Under the pieces are notes generated by a model. It saw nothing but the letters and a program-made list of their open reading frames with translations, was not told where the DNA came from and did not search any database. Shown piece by piece: positions 55,945-64,000 of a stretch of 64,000 nucleotides of DNA; position 1 is the first letter of the stretch, and each line of letters opens with the position of its first letter. Location: the NCBI GenBank assembly GCA_965267575.1, contig OZ254086.1, forward strand, positions 672,001 to 736,000, written 5' to 3'. The position numbers and the translations under genes were made by a program. Source of the stretch: Calditrichales bacterium (GTDB lineage Bacteria; Calditrichota; Calditrichia; Calditrichales; J004).

Positions 55945-58172
55945 GTCTGACATACATTAGAACTGCATTAGTAACGACATTTTGTCTTTTTACAGTTTTG
56001 GCTGCACGGTCCACCATGCCGCGCAGCCAAAGCTATTTATCCGGCAAAGTAATTGACGTTTCCACGCAACTGCCGGTACCTTACGCCGATATTGTCATTT
56101 CAGAGATAAACCGCTCCGCACAAACGGACAGCGACGGCAATTTCATGCTGCCCAATCTTCCTGAAGGCACTTTTACAGCTAAGGTATTGCACGTGGCCTA
56201 CCGCGAAGGACGCTTTTCAGTTATGCTTACCGCCAGGGACACCACGAACGTCCTGTTTACGCTACGCCCCAATTCGCTTTCCACGGAGGATATTGTTGTA
56301 GTTGGAGAACGCGAGGATATATCCGAATTGGAGAAGGCGGCTGTGGACGTGAGCGGGGAAAAGCTGCGCAAAAACCTGGGTTTGACCATCGCCGAGACAA
56401 TCGATCAGGAAGCAGGGCTGGCACAACGCACACTGGGTCCTGCTCCGGCGCGCCCCGTTATCCGCGGCCTTGACGGTGACCGCGTGCTGATCGTTCAGGA
56501 TGGCGACCGCAATGGCGACTTGTCCGCGACAGCTTTTGACCATGCCGTGGCTATAGACCCGCTTACCTCAAACCGCATTGAAGTGATCCGCGGGCCGCGC
56601 GCGCTGACGCTGGGCTCGAACACGCTGGGCGGTGTTGTAAATGTAGTGCGCGAAACCGTGCCCAACAGCATGCCGCAAAAAATTACCGGTTCAGCGGGTT
56701 TAACCGGTGAGACTGTGAACAACGGCTACGCCGGAGGGCTAAGCTTAAAAGCGCCCGTACAGCCCTTTGTGCTGCACCTGGATGGCAGCTACCGCGAAGC
56801 AGGCGAGCTCCAGACTCCCGAAGGTACACTCAGAAATACATCGCTGTTGACGCAAAGCGCGGCAGCCGGCATCAGCTGGATTCAATCATGGGGACATCTT
56901 GGCGTGGCCGCTGACGTGTATCTCTCGGAGTATGGCATCCCGCCCGATGAGAACGGCCGGACCGGTATCCACAAAAACGGCATCGATATAAACATGGAGC
57001 GCAGCAAGTGGCAATCCACCGCGGAGCTGATAGCACCAGTTGACGGTATTCGCCGCATTGAAGCGGAGTATGATTACACCCGTTACCAGCACAAGGAATT
57101 TGAGCGACAGGATATTCTCGGTTCCGAATTTGGGCTGATCACACAAAATACCAAGCTGAACATTTATGCTGCCGACAACTCCTGGCTCAAAAACGCGCAA
57201 ATCGGCCTGTGGCGTGAATTCCGTGATTTCGCTTCCGGCGCACGGGCCACCACACCTGCCACGGAAGAAATCTCATGGGCGGGCTATGCCTACAATGAGT
57301 TCAAGCTGGGCAGTCTGCAAAGCAGCGTAGCTCTGCGTTTCGAAAGCAAAAATGTGAACCCCGTGAAGCGCGATACTGTCTTTAATGTGGGCGTTATCCG
57401 TGAACGAAACTTCACCAACTGGGCCGCGGCCCTGAAAACCCGGCTGCCGCTCAATAAGCACTACTATGTTAGTGGCGGCATTATCCGTTCGTTCCGGGCG
57501 CCGAGCGTGGAGGAGCTTTTTTCCAACGGCCCGCACCTGGCCGCCTACTCTTTTGAGATCGGCAATCCCGACCTGGATGAAGAAGAAACCCTGGGCGCAG
57601 AAGTGACAGCCGGCTACAGCTCAGACGATCTGGATATAAATTTAACCCTTTTCCATAACCGTATTGACGGTTACCTCTACCCGGCATTTACCGGCAAGAA
57701 GAGCGGCCGCCGCGCCGACCTGGACCTCTACCGCGTCGTTGGGCAGGATGTGACCATGCAGGGTTTTGAGTCAACGGCCGATCTTAGACTCGGCCACCAT
57801 TTCCAGGTCGACGGAACGCTGAGCTATGTCGAGGGCACAATCCGCAATAATGATGAACCGTTGCCCCGTATCCCTCCATTTACATATTCGTTGGGTTTAA
57901 ACCACAAGTGGAACGGCCTCACCAGCGGCATTAAAATGCGCGGCGCTTCCAGCCAGCAAAGAACCGGTGAATTTGAGACATCCACACCAGCCTACGTTGT
58001 TTTCGATCTTTACGCGGAGTACCTGCTACAGGGAGGCGGTCTGCTGCACAGTTTCTCGCTGGCAGTGGAAAATACGCTCGACACGACCTACCGCCAGCAC
58101 CTTAACCGCATAAAGGACATTACGCCGGAAGCCGGACGTGATTTTCGGCTGCTGTATAAAGTGTTTTTTTAG
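55941..58172 (+). CDS. TonB-dependent receptor (ZnuD-like)
   Basis: N-terminal CarboxypepD-reg-like domain, plug RPVIRGL/DHAV/RIEVIRGP, APSVEELFSNGPH and C-terminal Phe. Confidence 0.92.
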   Translation: MSLTYIRTALVTTFCLFTVLAARSTMPRSQSYLSGKVIDVSTQLPVPYADIVISEINRSAQTDSDGNFMLPNLPEGTFTAKVLHVAYREGRFSVMLTARDTTNVLFTLRPNSLSTEDIVVVGEREDISELEKAAVDVSGEKLRKNLGLTIAETIDQEAGLAQRTLGPAPARPVIRGLDGDRVLIVQDGDRNGDLSATAFDHAVAIDPLTSNRIEVIRGPRALTLGSNTLGGVVNVVRETVPNSMPQKITGSAGLTGETVNNGYAGGLSLKAPVQPFVLHLDGSYREAGELQTPEGTLRNTSLLTQSAAAGISWIQSWGHLGVAADVYLSEYGIPPDENGRTGIHKNGIDINMERSKWQSTAELIAPVDGIRRIEAEYDYTRYQHKEFERQDILGSEFGLITQNTKLNIYAADNSWLKNAQIGLWREFRDFASGARATTPATEEISWAGYAYNEFKLGSLQSSVALRFESKNVNPVKRDTVFNVGVIRERNFTNWAAALKTRLPLNKHYYVSGGIIRSFRAPSVEELFSNGPHLAAYSFEIGNPDLDEEETLGAEVTAGYSSDDLDINLTLFHNRIDGYLYPAFTGKKSGRRADLDLYRVVGQDVTMQGFESTADLRLGHHFQVDGTLSYVEGTIRNNDEPLPRIPPFTYSLGLNHKWNGLTSGIKMRGASSQQRTGEFETSTPAYVVFDLYAEYLLQGGGLLHSFSLAVENTLDTTYRQHLNRIKDITPEAGRDFRLLYKVFF

Positions 58173-58276
58173 AAAAGTAAAAAAGCAATACATTTTCTTG
58201 AATTCATAATCCCGAAGCTTTAAATTAGGAACCTTTTCTAATTTCGGATTTATGCGCGAAACGCAGGAGATAAACA

Positions 58277-58489
58277 ATGGCAAAGAAACAAACCTTTGGT
58301 GATAAGCTAAAAAAAACAGGCGGAGATCAGGGTAAATCGGTAAAAGTTGTTTTCAGCTATACGTCGCCAAAGAACGGTGAGATGAAATTTGCTGAGAAGA
58401 TCATCAAAGTATTGCCCGGTGATAACGAGGACCAGCTTGTCAATCAGGAAATAAAGAACGGCCGTGCGCTTTTGGAAGCCAAAGCCTAA
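58277..58489 (+). CDS. DUF4295-like small basic protein (candidate ribosomal protein bL38 homolog)
   Basis: MAKK...KSVKVVFSYTSPKNGEMKFAEK resembles the DUF4295 'VKSPKTGAY.F.E' pattern. Directly upstream of rpmB-rpmG with a strong RBS. Confidence 0.65.
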   Translation: MAKKQTFGDKLKKTGGDQGKSVKVVFSYTSPKNGEMKFAEKIIKVLPGDNEDQLVNQEIKNGRALLEAKA

Positions 58490-58504
58490 TACAGGAGAAT
58501 AGTA

Positions 58505-58747
58505 ATGTCCAGAGTATGTAAACTTACCGGTAAAAGGCCGCTGGTTGGTAACAATGTGTCGCACTCGAACAACAAGACCAAAATGCGCCAACTGCCGAAT
58601 CTGCAAACCAAGCGCATTTTTGTAAGCGAACTGAACCGCTTTGTGCGCATCAAGCTTTCTGCCCGCGCCCTAAAAACAATCAACCGTAAAGGTTTGATGA
58701 CCTACTTGTCGCAAAAAGGACTGAAGCTTTCCGACGTGGAAGCCTAG
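58505..58747 (+). CDS. rpmB: 50S ribosomal protein L28
   Basis: MSRVCKLTGKRPLVGNNVSHSNNKT...PNLQ. Confidence 0.97.
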   Translation: MSRVCKLTGKRPLVGNNVSHSNNKTKMRQLPNLQTKRIFVSELNRFVRIKLSARALKTINRKGLMTYLSQKGLKLSDVEA

Positions 58748-58769
58748 TTAAAAAGAAAGGCAACGAAAA

Positions 58770-58931
58770 ATGGCAAAAGCAGGAGCTCGCGAGATTATAA
58801 AGCTGAAAAGCACAGAAAGCTCTTTTATGTATTCCACAAAGAAAAATAAAAGAAACACGACGCAAAAACTGGAAATCAAAAAATACGATCCCATCGTGCG
58901 CAAACACGTGCTTTTTAAAGAATCCAAGTAA
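58770..58931 (+). CDS. rpmG: 50S ribosomal protein L33 (Cys-free type)
   Basis: Below the ORF-track cutoff. Manual translation: [53 protein letters not shown]. Confidence 0.95.
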   Translation: MAKAGAREIIKLKSTESSFMYSTKKNKRNTTQKLEIKKYDPIVRKHVLFKESK

Positions 58932-58955
58932 TCTCCGTAATCTTTTTTTAAGAAG

Positions 58956-58992
58956 AATCCAACCGTCCTCGCGGATCGTTGGATTTTTTTTT
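58956..58992 (+). terminator. Rho-independent terminator after rpmG
   Basis: AATCCAAC...GTTGGATT stem followed by a T run. Confidence 0.8.
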
Positions 58993-59018
58993 GCCCGGAT
59001 AACGAAAGGAGGGTCTTC

Positions 59019-59573
59019 ATGGCACTCACGCAAAGCAACGAGATGAAAATCGGCAGCCAGGCGCCCTATTTTGAGCTGCATGATACCGTTACCGGTGACA
59101 CCATTTCGCTGGAACAAATACGCGGCGAGCGGGGCACGCTGATCATGTTTATCTGCAACCACTGCCCCTATGTCATTCATACCTTACCGCAGATTATCAA
59201 AATACCGCGGGAGTACAAGGCAAGCGGCATCAACAGCGCGGCGATAAGCCCGAATGACCCCAACAAAGTGGCACAGGACCACCCGGAACGCATGACGGAG
59301 TTCGCGCTTAAAAACGATTTCGTTTTCCCATACCTGTTTGATGAAAGCCAGCAAACCGCGCGCGATTACGGTGCTGTCTGTACACCGGAATTTTATCTTT
59401 TCGATTCCAATCTGAAACTTTACTACCACGGCCGTTTGGATGAATCATCCCCGGGTAACAAAATGCCGCTTACCGGAAAGGAGCTGCGCGCGGCCCTGGA
59501 CTCTATGTTAAAAAACGCGCCCGCCCCTCAGTCTCAGCACCCGTCGATGGGCTGCAGCATCAAGTGGAAATAG
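59019..59573 (+). CDS. Thioredoxin-like/AhpC-TSA family redoxin (PRX-like1)
   Basis: FICNHCPYV, AVCTPE, YHGRLD and GCSIKW. Confidence 0.9.
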   Translation: MALTQSNEMKIGSQAPYFELHDTVTGDTISLEQIRGERGTLIMFICNHCPYVIHTLPQIIKIPREYKASGINSAAISPNDPNKVAQDHPERMTEFALKNDFVFPYLFDESQQTARDYGAVCTPEFYLFDSNLKLYYHGRLDESSPGNKMPLTGKELRAALDSMLKNAPAPQSQHPSMGCSIKWK

Positions 59574-59647
59574 CTGCTTGCATCGTTTTGTATTTTTGCG
59601 TTTTATTATCTCCGTTCAAACTCACTACACAACCTGAAAGGTGACAC

Positions 59648-62600
59648 ATGGTTCGCGTATTTACATTTATTTTTGTTTTGCTGATTGCCGCGTTGCCGGC
59701 ACAAAACCCGCTGTCGGATATGGAAAAATTCAAACAGGTCGAGCCGCGCGAGATTGGTCCCGCCGGGATGAGCGGCCGTGTTACCGCCATCGATGTGCAA
59801 ATCAGCGAGCCGGATGTGATCTATGTCGGCGCCGCTTCCGGTGGTGTGTGGCGTTCCACGAACGGCGGCATCGACTGGCAGCCGCTTTTTGATGAGCAGC
59901 CCACGCAAAACATTGGCGCACTGGCGCTGGATCAGTCCAATCCTGATGTGATCTGGGTGGGCACGGGAGAAGGCAACCCGCGCAACAGCCAGAACAGCGG
60001 CAACGGCGTCTACAAAAGCCTGGATGGCGGCAAAAACTGGAAACACGTGGGTCTGGAAAATACGCACACCATCCACCGGCTGATCATTGACCCGCGTAAC
60101 TCCGACGTGGTCTATGCCGCTTCGTTGGGCTCGGCCTGGGGCGAGAATGAAGAGCGCGGTGTATTCAAAACAAGCGATGGCGGCAAAACCTGGAAAAAGG
60201 TGCTCTACGTGGATGCCAAAACCGGTTGCGCCGACCTTGTGATGGATCCGGTGAATCCCAACAAGCTGATCGCGGCGATGTGGGAATACCGGCGCTGGCC
60301 CTGGTTTTTTAAGTCGGGCGGCCCCGGTTCGGGGTTATATGTTTCGTTTGACGGCGGCGAAACCTGGGAGAAGCGCACGGAAGATGACGGCCTTCCCAAG
60401 GGCGACCTGGGCCGGATGGGTCTGGCCATCGCGCCTTCCGAGCCGCAGATCGTTTACGCGCTGATCGAGGCTAAAAAGAACGGCCTGTACCGTTCCGAAG
60501 ACGGCGGTTTTAAATGGAAGCTGGTAGCCGACAAAAACATCGGCAACCGCCCGTTTTACTACGCCGATATCTTCGTTGACCCGGTCAATGAAAACCGGCT
60601 GTATAACCTCCATTCGATTGTCACCGTCAGCAATGATGGCGGCAAAACCTTCGAAAACCTGGTACCCTGGAGTAAGGACATTCACCCCGACCATCACGCC
60701 TGGTGGGTACACCCGCAGGACCCCGATTACCTGATCGACGGTAATGACGGCGGCCTGGCTATCTCCCGTGACCGCGGCAAAACCTGGCGCTTTGTTGAAA
60801 ACCTGCCCTTTGCCCAATTCTACCACATCGAGGTCGACCGTGGTCTGCCCTACAATTTATATGGCGGCATGCAGGATAACGGCTCCTGGGCCGGGCCAAG
60901 CTGGGTCTGGCGCAGAGACGGCATCCGCAACAGTTATTGGCAGGAAGTCTCTTTTGGCGACGGCTTTGATGTTGTCCCCGATCCACAGAATAACCGCTAC
61001 GGCTACAGTATGTGGCAAGGCGGCAATCTGCTGCGCTACGATCGTGAAACGGGCGATAACGTTTATATCCGCCCGGCTCATCCTGAAAATGTAACTTTGC
61101 GTTTTAACTGGAATGCCGCCGTTGCCGTTGATCCGTTCGAGCCAAATACGGTTTATTACGGCAGCCAGTTTGTACATAAAAGCAGCGATCAGGGCATGAG
61201 CTGGACGATCATTTCCCCGGACCTGACCACGAATGATCCCGAAAAGCAGAAGCAGCTTGAAAGCGGCGGCCTGACCTATGACGTAACGGAAGCCGAGAAC
61301 AATACGACCATCATCACCATTGAGCCAAGTCCGGTAGAGCAAGGCGTTGTCTGGGTGGGCACGGACGACGGATTTGTACAGTTAACCCGTGACGGCGGCA
61401 AAAGCTGGAGCAACCTCAGTGACGCTCTTCCCGGCGCACCGAAAGAAGCCTGGATTCCGCACATCCACGCATCGCAGCACAATGCCGGCGAAGCGTTTGT
61501 GGTACTAAACAATTACCGCAACAACGACTGGCAACCTTATCTCTACCACACTAACGACTTTGGCAAAAGCTGGAAGCGTCTTGTGGATGAAGAAGACATG
61601 CCCGGCTATACGCTCTCCGTTGTACAGGACAGCGGGGTGCCCGGACTGATTTTCCTGGGGACCGAATACGGTCTTTACATCAGCATGGATTACGGCAAAA
61701 GCTGGCAGCAATGGACGCAGGGCTACCCCGCCGTTTCCACCATGGATTTGGCGCTGCAGCCCGACGAGCATGACCTGGTGATCGGAACATTTGGCCGTGC
61801 CGCCTATATTTTTGATGATATCCGCTATTTGCGCCATCTGGCCACAACCCCCGGGGCGCTAAAGACCCCGCTAAAAATGATGCCGGTTAACGATGCCTGG
61901 CTGGTGTCCTACCAGCAACCGGAGGGCACACGCTTCAAGGGGCAGGCCGAATTCAGCGGGCCCAACCAGCCTTTTGGCGCCATGCTCACTTTTATCGCCA
62001 ACACGGACAGCAGCAAAGAAGACGGCAAAACCACCGGTGACAGCCTGATCATTGAAGTTTTTGATAATGAGAGCAAGCGTGTGCGTATGTTCTGCCGCAA
62101 AGCGGAAGAAGGCGTTAACCGAACCACCTGGGACCTGCGTCAGGCCGGAGTGCGCTGGCCGCAAACCAAAAAGCCGGAGAAAAGCGCCCAGGAACCTTCC
62201 GGGATTACCGTTTTGCCGGGCACTTATAAAATCCGCGTAACCTACGGCGACTACCGCGATTCGGCCATGGTAAACGTGAAGTTTGATCCGCGCGAGGAGC
62301 TGAACATGGAAGAGCTTCAAAAGCGTGAGGCCATCGTGAAGGAGTTTTATGGGCGTGTGGAAAAAGCCACCGAGATAGCCGATAAAATTCGCCTGGCAAA
62401 GGAGAATGTGGGGCGGATTGACGAGCGTTTGAAGAGCTTGCCGGCAGAACAGGCCGATTCGCTGAAAAAGCAGAGCAAGGCGCTCAGCGATACGCTGCAG
62501 GCATTGCTGGAAGATGTTATCGACAAGGAGTACAAGGGCATCAATGAAGACCCCGAAGCCCTGCGCAATGTAATGAGCTACGTAAACGCTTATACCACAT

Positions 62601-62794
62601 GGGCCTGGGATGTGCCCTACCAGATGGCACACGTTTATATGCAGGAAACTGACCAAAAGCTGGAACGGATACGATCGACGCTGAACACTATTTTGCAGAG
62701 CGACTGGCCGGCCTTCCGCGAAGCCGTGGAAAAATCGGAGCTCTCCTTTTTTGATGAGATCAAACCTGTCGAAAAAAATGACGGCGGAGAATAA
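59648..62794 (+). CDS. Secreted VPS10/sortilin-like BNR-repeat protein (glycosyl hydrolase-like)
   Basis: IGPAGMSGRV, many S-x-D-G-G-x-x-W Asp-boxes, GGMQDNG and GDGF. Confidence 0.9.
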   Translation: MVRVFTFIFVLLIAALPAQNPLSDMEKFKQVEPREIGPAGMSGRVTAIDVQISEPDVIYVGAASGGVWRSTNGGIDWQPLFDEQPTQNIGALALDQSNPDVIWVGTGEGNPRNSQNSGNGVYKSLDGGKNWKHVGLENTHTIHRLIIDPRNSDVVYAASLGSAWGENEERGVFKTSDGGKTWKKVLYVDAKTGCADLVMDPVNPNKLIAAMWEYRRWPWFFKSGGPGSGLYVSFDGGETWEKRTEDDGLPKGDLGRMGLAIAPSEPQIVYALIEAKKNGLYRSEDGGFKWKLVADKNIGNRPFYYADIFVDPVNENRLYNLHSIVTVSNDGGKTFENLVPWSKDIHPDHHAWWVHPQDPDYLIDGNDGGLAISRDRGKTWRFVENLPFAQFYHIEVDRGLPYNLYGGMQDNGSWAGPSWVWRRDGIRNSYWQEVSFGDGFDVVPDPQNNRYGYSMWQGGNLLRYDRETGDNVYIRPAHPENVTLRFNWNAAVAVDPFEPNTVYYGSQFVHKSSDQGMSWTIISPDLTTNDPEKQKQLESGGLTYDVTEAENNTTIITIEPSPVEQGVVWVGTDDGFVQLTRDGGKSWSNLSDALPGAPKEAWIPHIHASQHNAGEAFVVLNNYRNNDWQPYLYHTNDFGKSWKRLVDEEDMPGYTLSVVQDSGVPGLIFLGTEYGLYISMDYGKSWQQWTQGYPAVSTMDLALQPDEHDLVIGTFGRAAYIFDDIRYLRHLATTPGALKTPLKMMPVNDAWLVSYQQPEGTRFKGQAEFSGPNQPFGAMLTFIANTDSSKEDGKTTGDSLIIEVFDNESKRVRMFCRKAEEGVNRTTWDLRQAGVRWPQTKKPEKSAQEPSGITVLPGTYKIRVTYGDYRDSAMVNVKFDPREELNMEELQKREAIVKEFYGRVEKATEIADKIRLAKENVGRIDERLKSLPAEQADSLKKQSKALSDTLQALLEDVIDKEYKGINEDPEALRNVMSYVNAYTTWAWDVPYQMAHVYMQETDQKLERIRSTLNTILQSDWPAFREAVEKSELSFFDEIKPVEKNDGGE

Positions 62795-64000
62795 TGAAGC
62801 CTCCCCGCCCCAAAAAAATCGTTCAGCCGCTGAAAGCCAACGGGCATGTCCGGCACGATCCCTATTTCTGGCTGCGACAGCGCGATGACAAGGAAGTGAT
62901 CGCCCACCTGCACGAGGAAAACGCCTGGACCGAGCATGTAATGGCGCCGTGGAAAGAGCTGCGCGAAAGCCTGTTTGATGAGATCACCGGGCGCATCCCG
63001 CAGAAGGACCAGACCGCGCCCGTGCTGTACAACGGGTATCTTTATTACGCGCGTTATGAAGAGGACAAGGAGCATCCCATCCATTGCCGCAGGAAAGAGA
63101 GCACGGACTCCGAAGAAGAGATTTTGATCGATGTGAACGTGCTGGCGGAGGGCAAGGATTTCTGCCAGGTAAAGGGTCTGACGCCCAGCCCCGATAACCG
63201 CCTGCTGGCTTACAGCGCAGACTTTGTGGGCAACCGCGTTCATACAATTTTTATAAAAGACCTGCGTAGCGAAAAACTGCTGAGGGACCGTATCGACAAC
63301 ACCGATGTTAGCGTGGCCTGGGCCGCCGACAGCCAAACACTTTTCTACACAAAAAAAGACGAAACGCTGCGTCCGGCCTTTCTGATGAGGCATAGATTGG
63401 GGACAGATACGGCCAACGATGTGCAGGTTTACCACGAAGAGGGCAGTGCCTACTATCTTTATATTGGCAAAACGAAATCCGGCGCTTTTTTAACAGCCAC
63501 ATCGTGGAGCACGATGAGCAGCGAGGTGCGGCTGTTGCCCGCAGATAATCCCGCTGGAGAATGGCGCGTTGTGCATCCGCGCGAAGACGACCTGCTCTAC
63601 GACGTGGCCCATGAGCCGGAAAACGACCGGCTGTTTATCCACACCAACGATCAGGCTAAAAACTTCCGCCTGATGACAGCGCCGCTGGTTGCACCGGGCA
63701 AAGAAAACTGGAAGGAATATTACGCCCACCGCCCGTACACGCTGTTGGAAAGTTTTGAGCTTTTCCGCGACTGGCTCGTTTTGCAGGAACGCCACAACGG
63801 GCTGACACGTCTCCGCGTTATCCGCAAAACCGATCGCCGGGAGCACCTGATTGAGTTTGATGACCCCGCTTACGTGGCCTGGTGCGGCAGCAACCTGCAG
63901 TACAACAGCGGCACTCTGCGCTATGGCTACACCTCGCTGACCACCCCGGTGAGTTCCTACGACTATGACATGGAAACGCGCAAACAAATGCTCGTAAAGC
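62794..64000 (+). CDS. ptrB: Oligopeptidase B (S9A), truncated by window edge
   Basis: Not in the ORF track. TAATG coupling with the upstream gene; translation MKPPRPKK...HVRHDPYFWLR...VIAHLHEENAW...SPDNRLLAYS...YGYTSLTTP matches the S9A N-terminal propeller region. Confidence 0.88.
   Translation, partial: MKPPRPKKIVQPLKANGHVRHDPYFWLRQRDDKEVIAHLHEENAWTEHVMAPWKELRESLFDEITGRIPQKDQTAPVLYNGYLYYARYEEDKEHPIHCRRKESTDSEEEILIDVNVLAEGKDFCQVKGLTPSPDNRLLAYSADFVGNRVHTIFIKDLRSEKLLRDRIDNTDVSVAWAADSQTLFYTKKDETLRPAFLMRHRLGTDTANDVQVYHEEGSAYYLYIGKTKSGAFLTATSWSTMSSEVRLLPADNPAGEWRVVHPREDDLLYDVAHEPENDRLFIHTNDQAKNFRLMTAPLVAPGKENWKEYYAHRPYTLLESFELFRDWLVLQERHNGLTRLRVIRKTDRREHLIEFDDPAYVAWCGSNLQYNSGTLRYGYTSLTTPVSSYDYDMETRKQMLVK

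Noticed and set aside
62635-63987. Minus-strand ORFs of 266 and 165 aa
   Set aside because: Antisense to ptrB, which the ORF track missed because it runs off the window.

Overview
A gene-dense 64-kb bacterial chromosome segment. It probably comes from a Gram-negative, FCB-associated lineage such as Calditrichota, KSB1 or Ignavibacteria. That assignment is an inference from the NYPNPFNP-type secretion C-terminal domains, beta-propeller/Y_Y_Y sensors, a TonB receptor and a DUF4295-like gene next to rpmB-rpmG. From left to right the window holds: (1) a partial aldo/keto reductase; (2) a threonine operon thrA-asd-thrB-LOG-thrC with an embedded LOG-family gene; (3) an SLC13/TrkA-C permease; (4) a minus-strand operon of lipoprotein, divergent family-5-like binding protein, SH3-like protein, two permeases and a double ABC ATPase, interrupted by an unusual prephenate dehydratase-DAHP synthase fusion; (5) a signalling cluster (CNNM, HDOD, CPBP, REC, PDZ-SpoIIE phosphatase, two propeller kinases, NarL-type regulator), where a repeated palindromic motif links the regulator to a secreted FG-GAP/ASPIC protein; (6) a lipoprotein with a sharp internal GC switch, a PPIase and an AAC(3)-family protein; (7) a giant S8 protease with ten 97-aa repeats; (8) small hydrolases; (9) a probable zinc-starvation locus of Zur-like box, KAPP-ending DUF2946-like leader ORF, His-containing lipoprotein and ZnuD-like TonB receptor, followed by a DUF4295/bL38-like gene, rpmB and rpmG; (10) a redoxin, a VPS10/BNR protein and partial ptrB. 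Several intergenic regions carry short periodic or REP-like repeats. I saw no rRNA, tRNA, CRISPR array or transposase. All family assignments come from motif recognition by eye, not from database searches.
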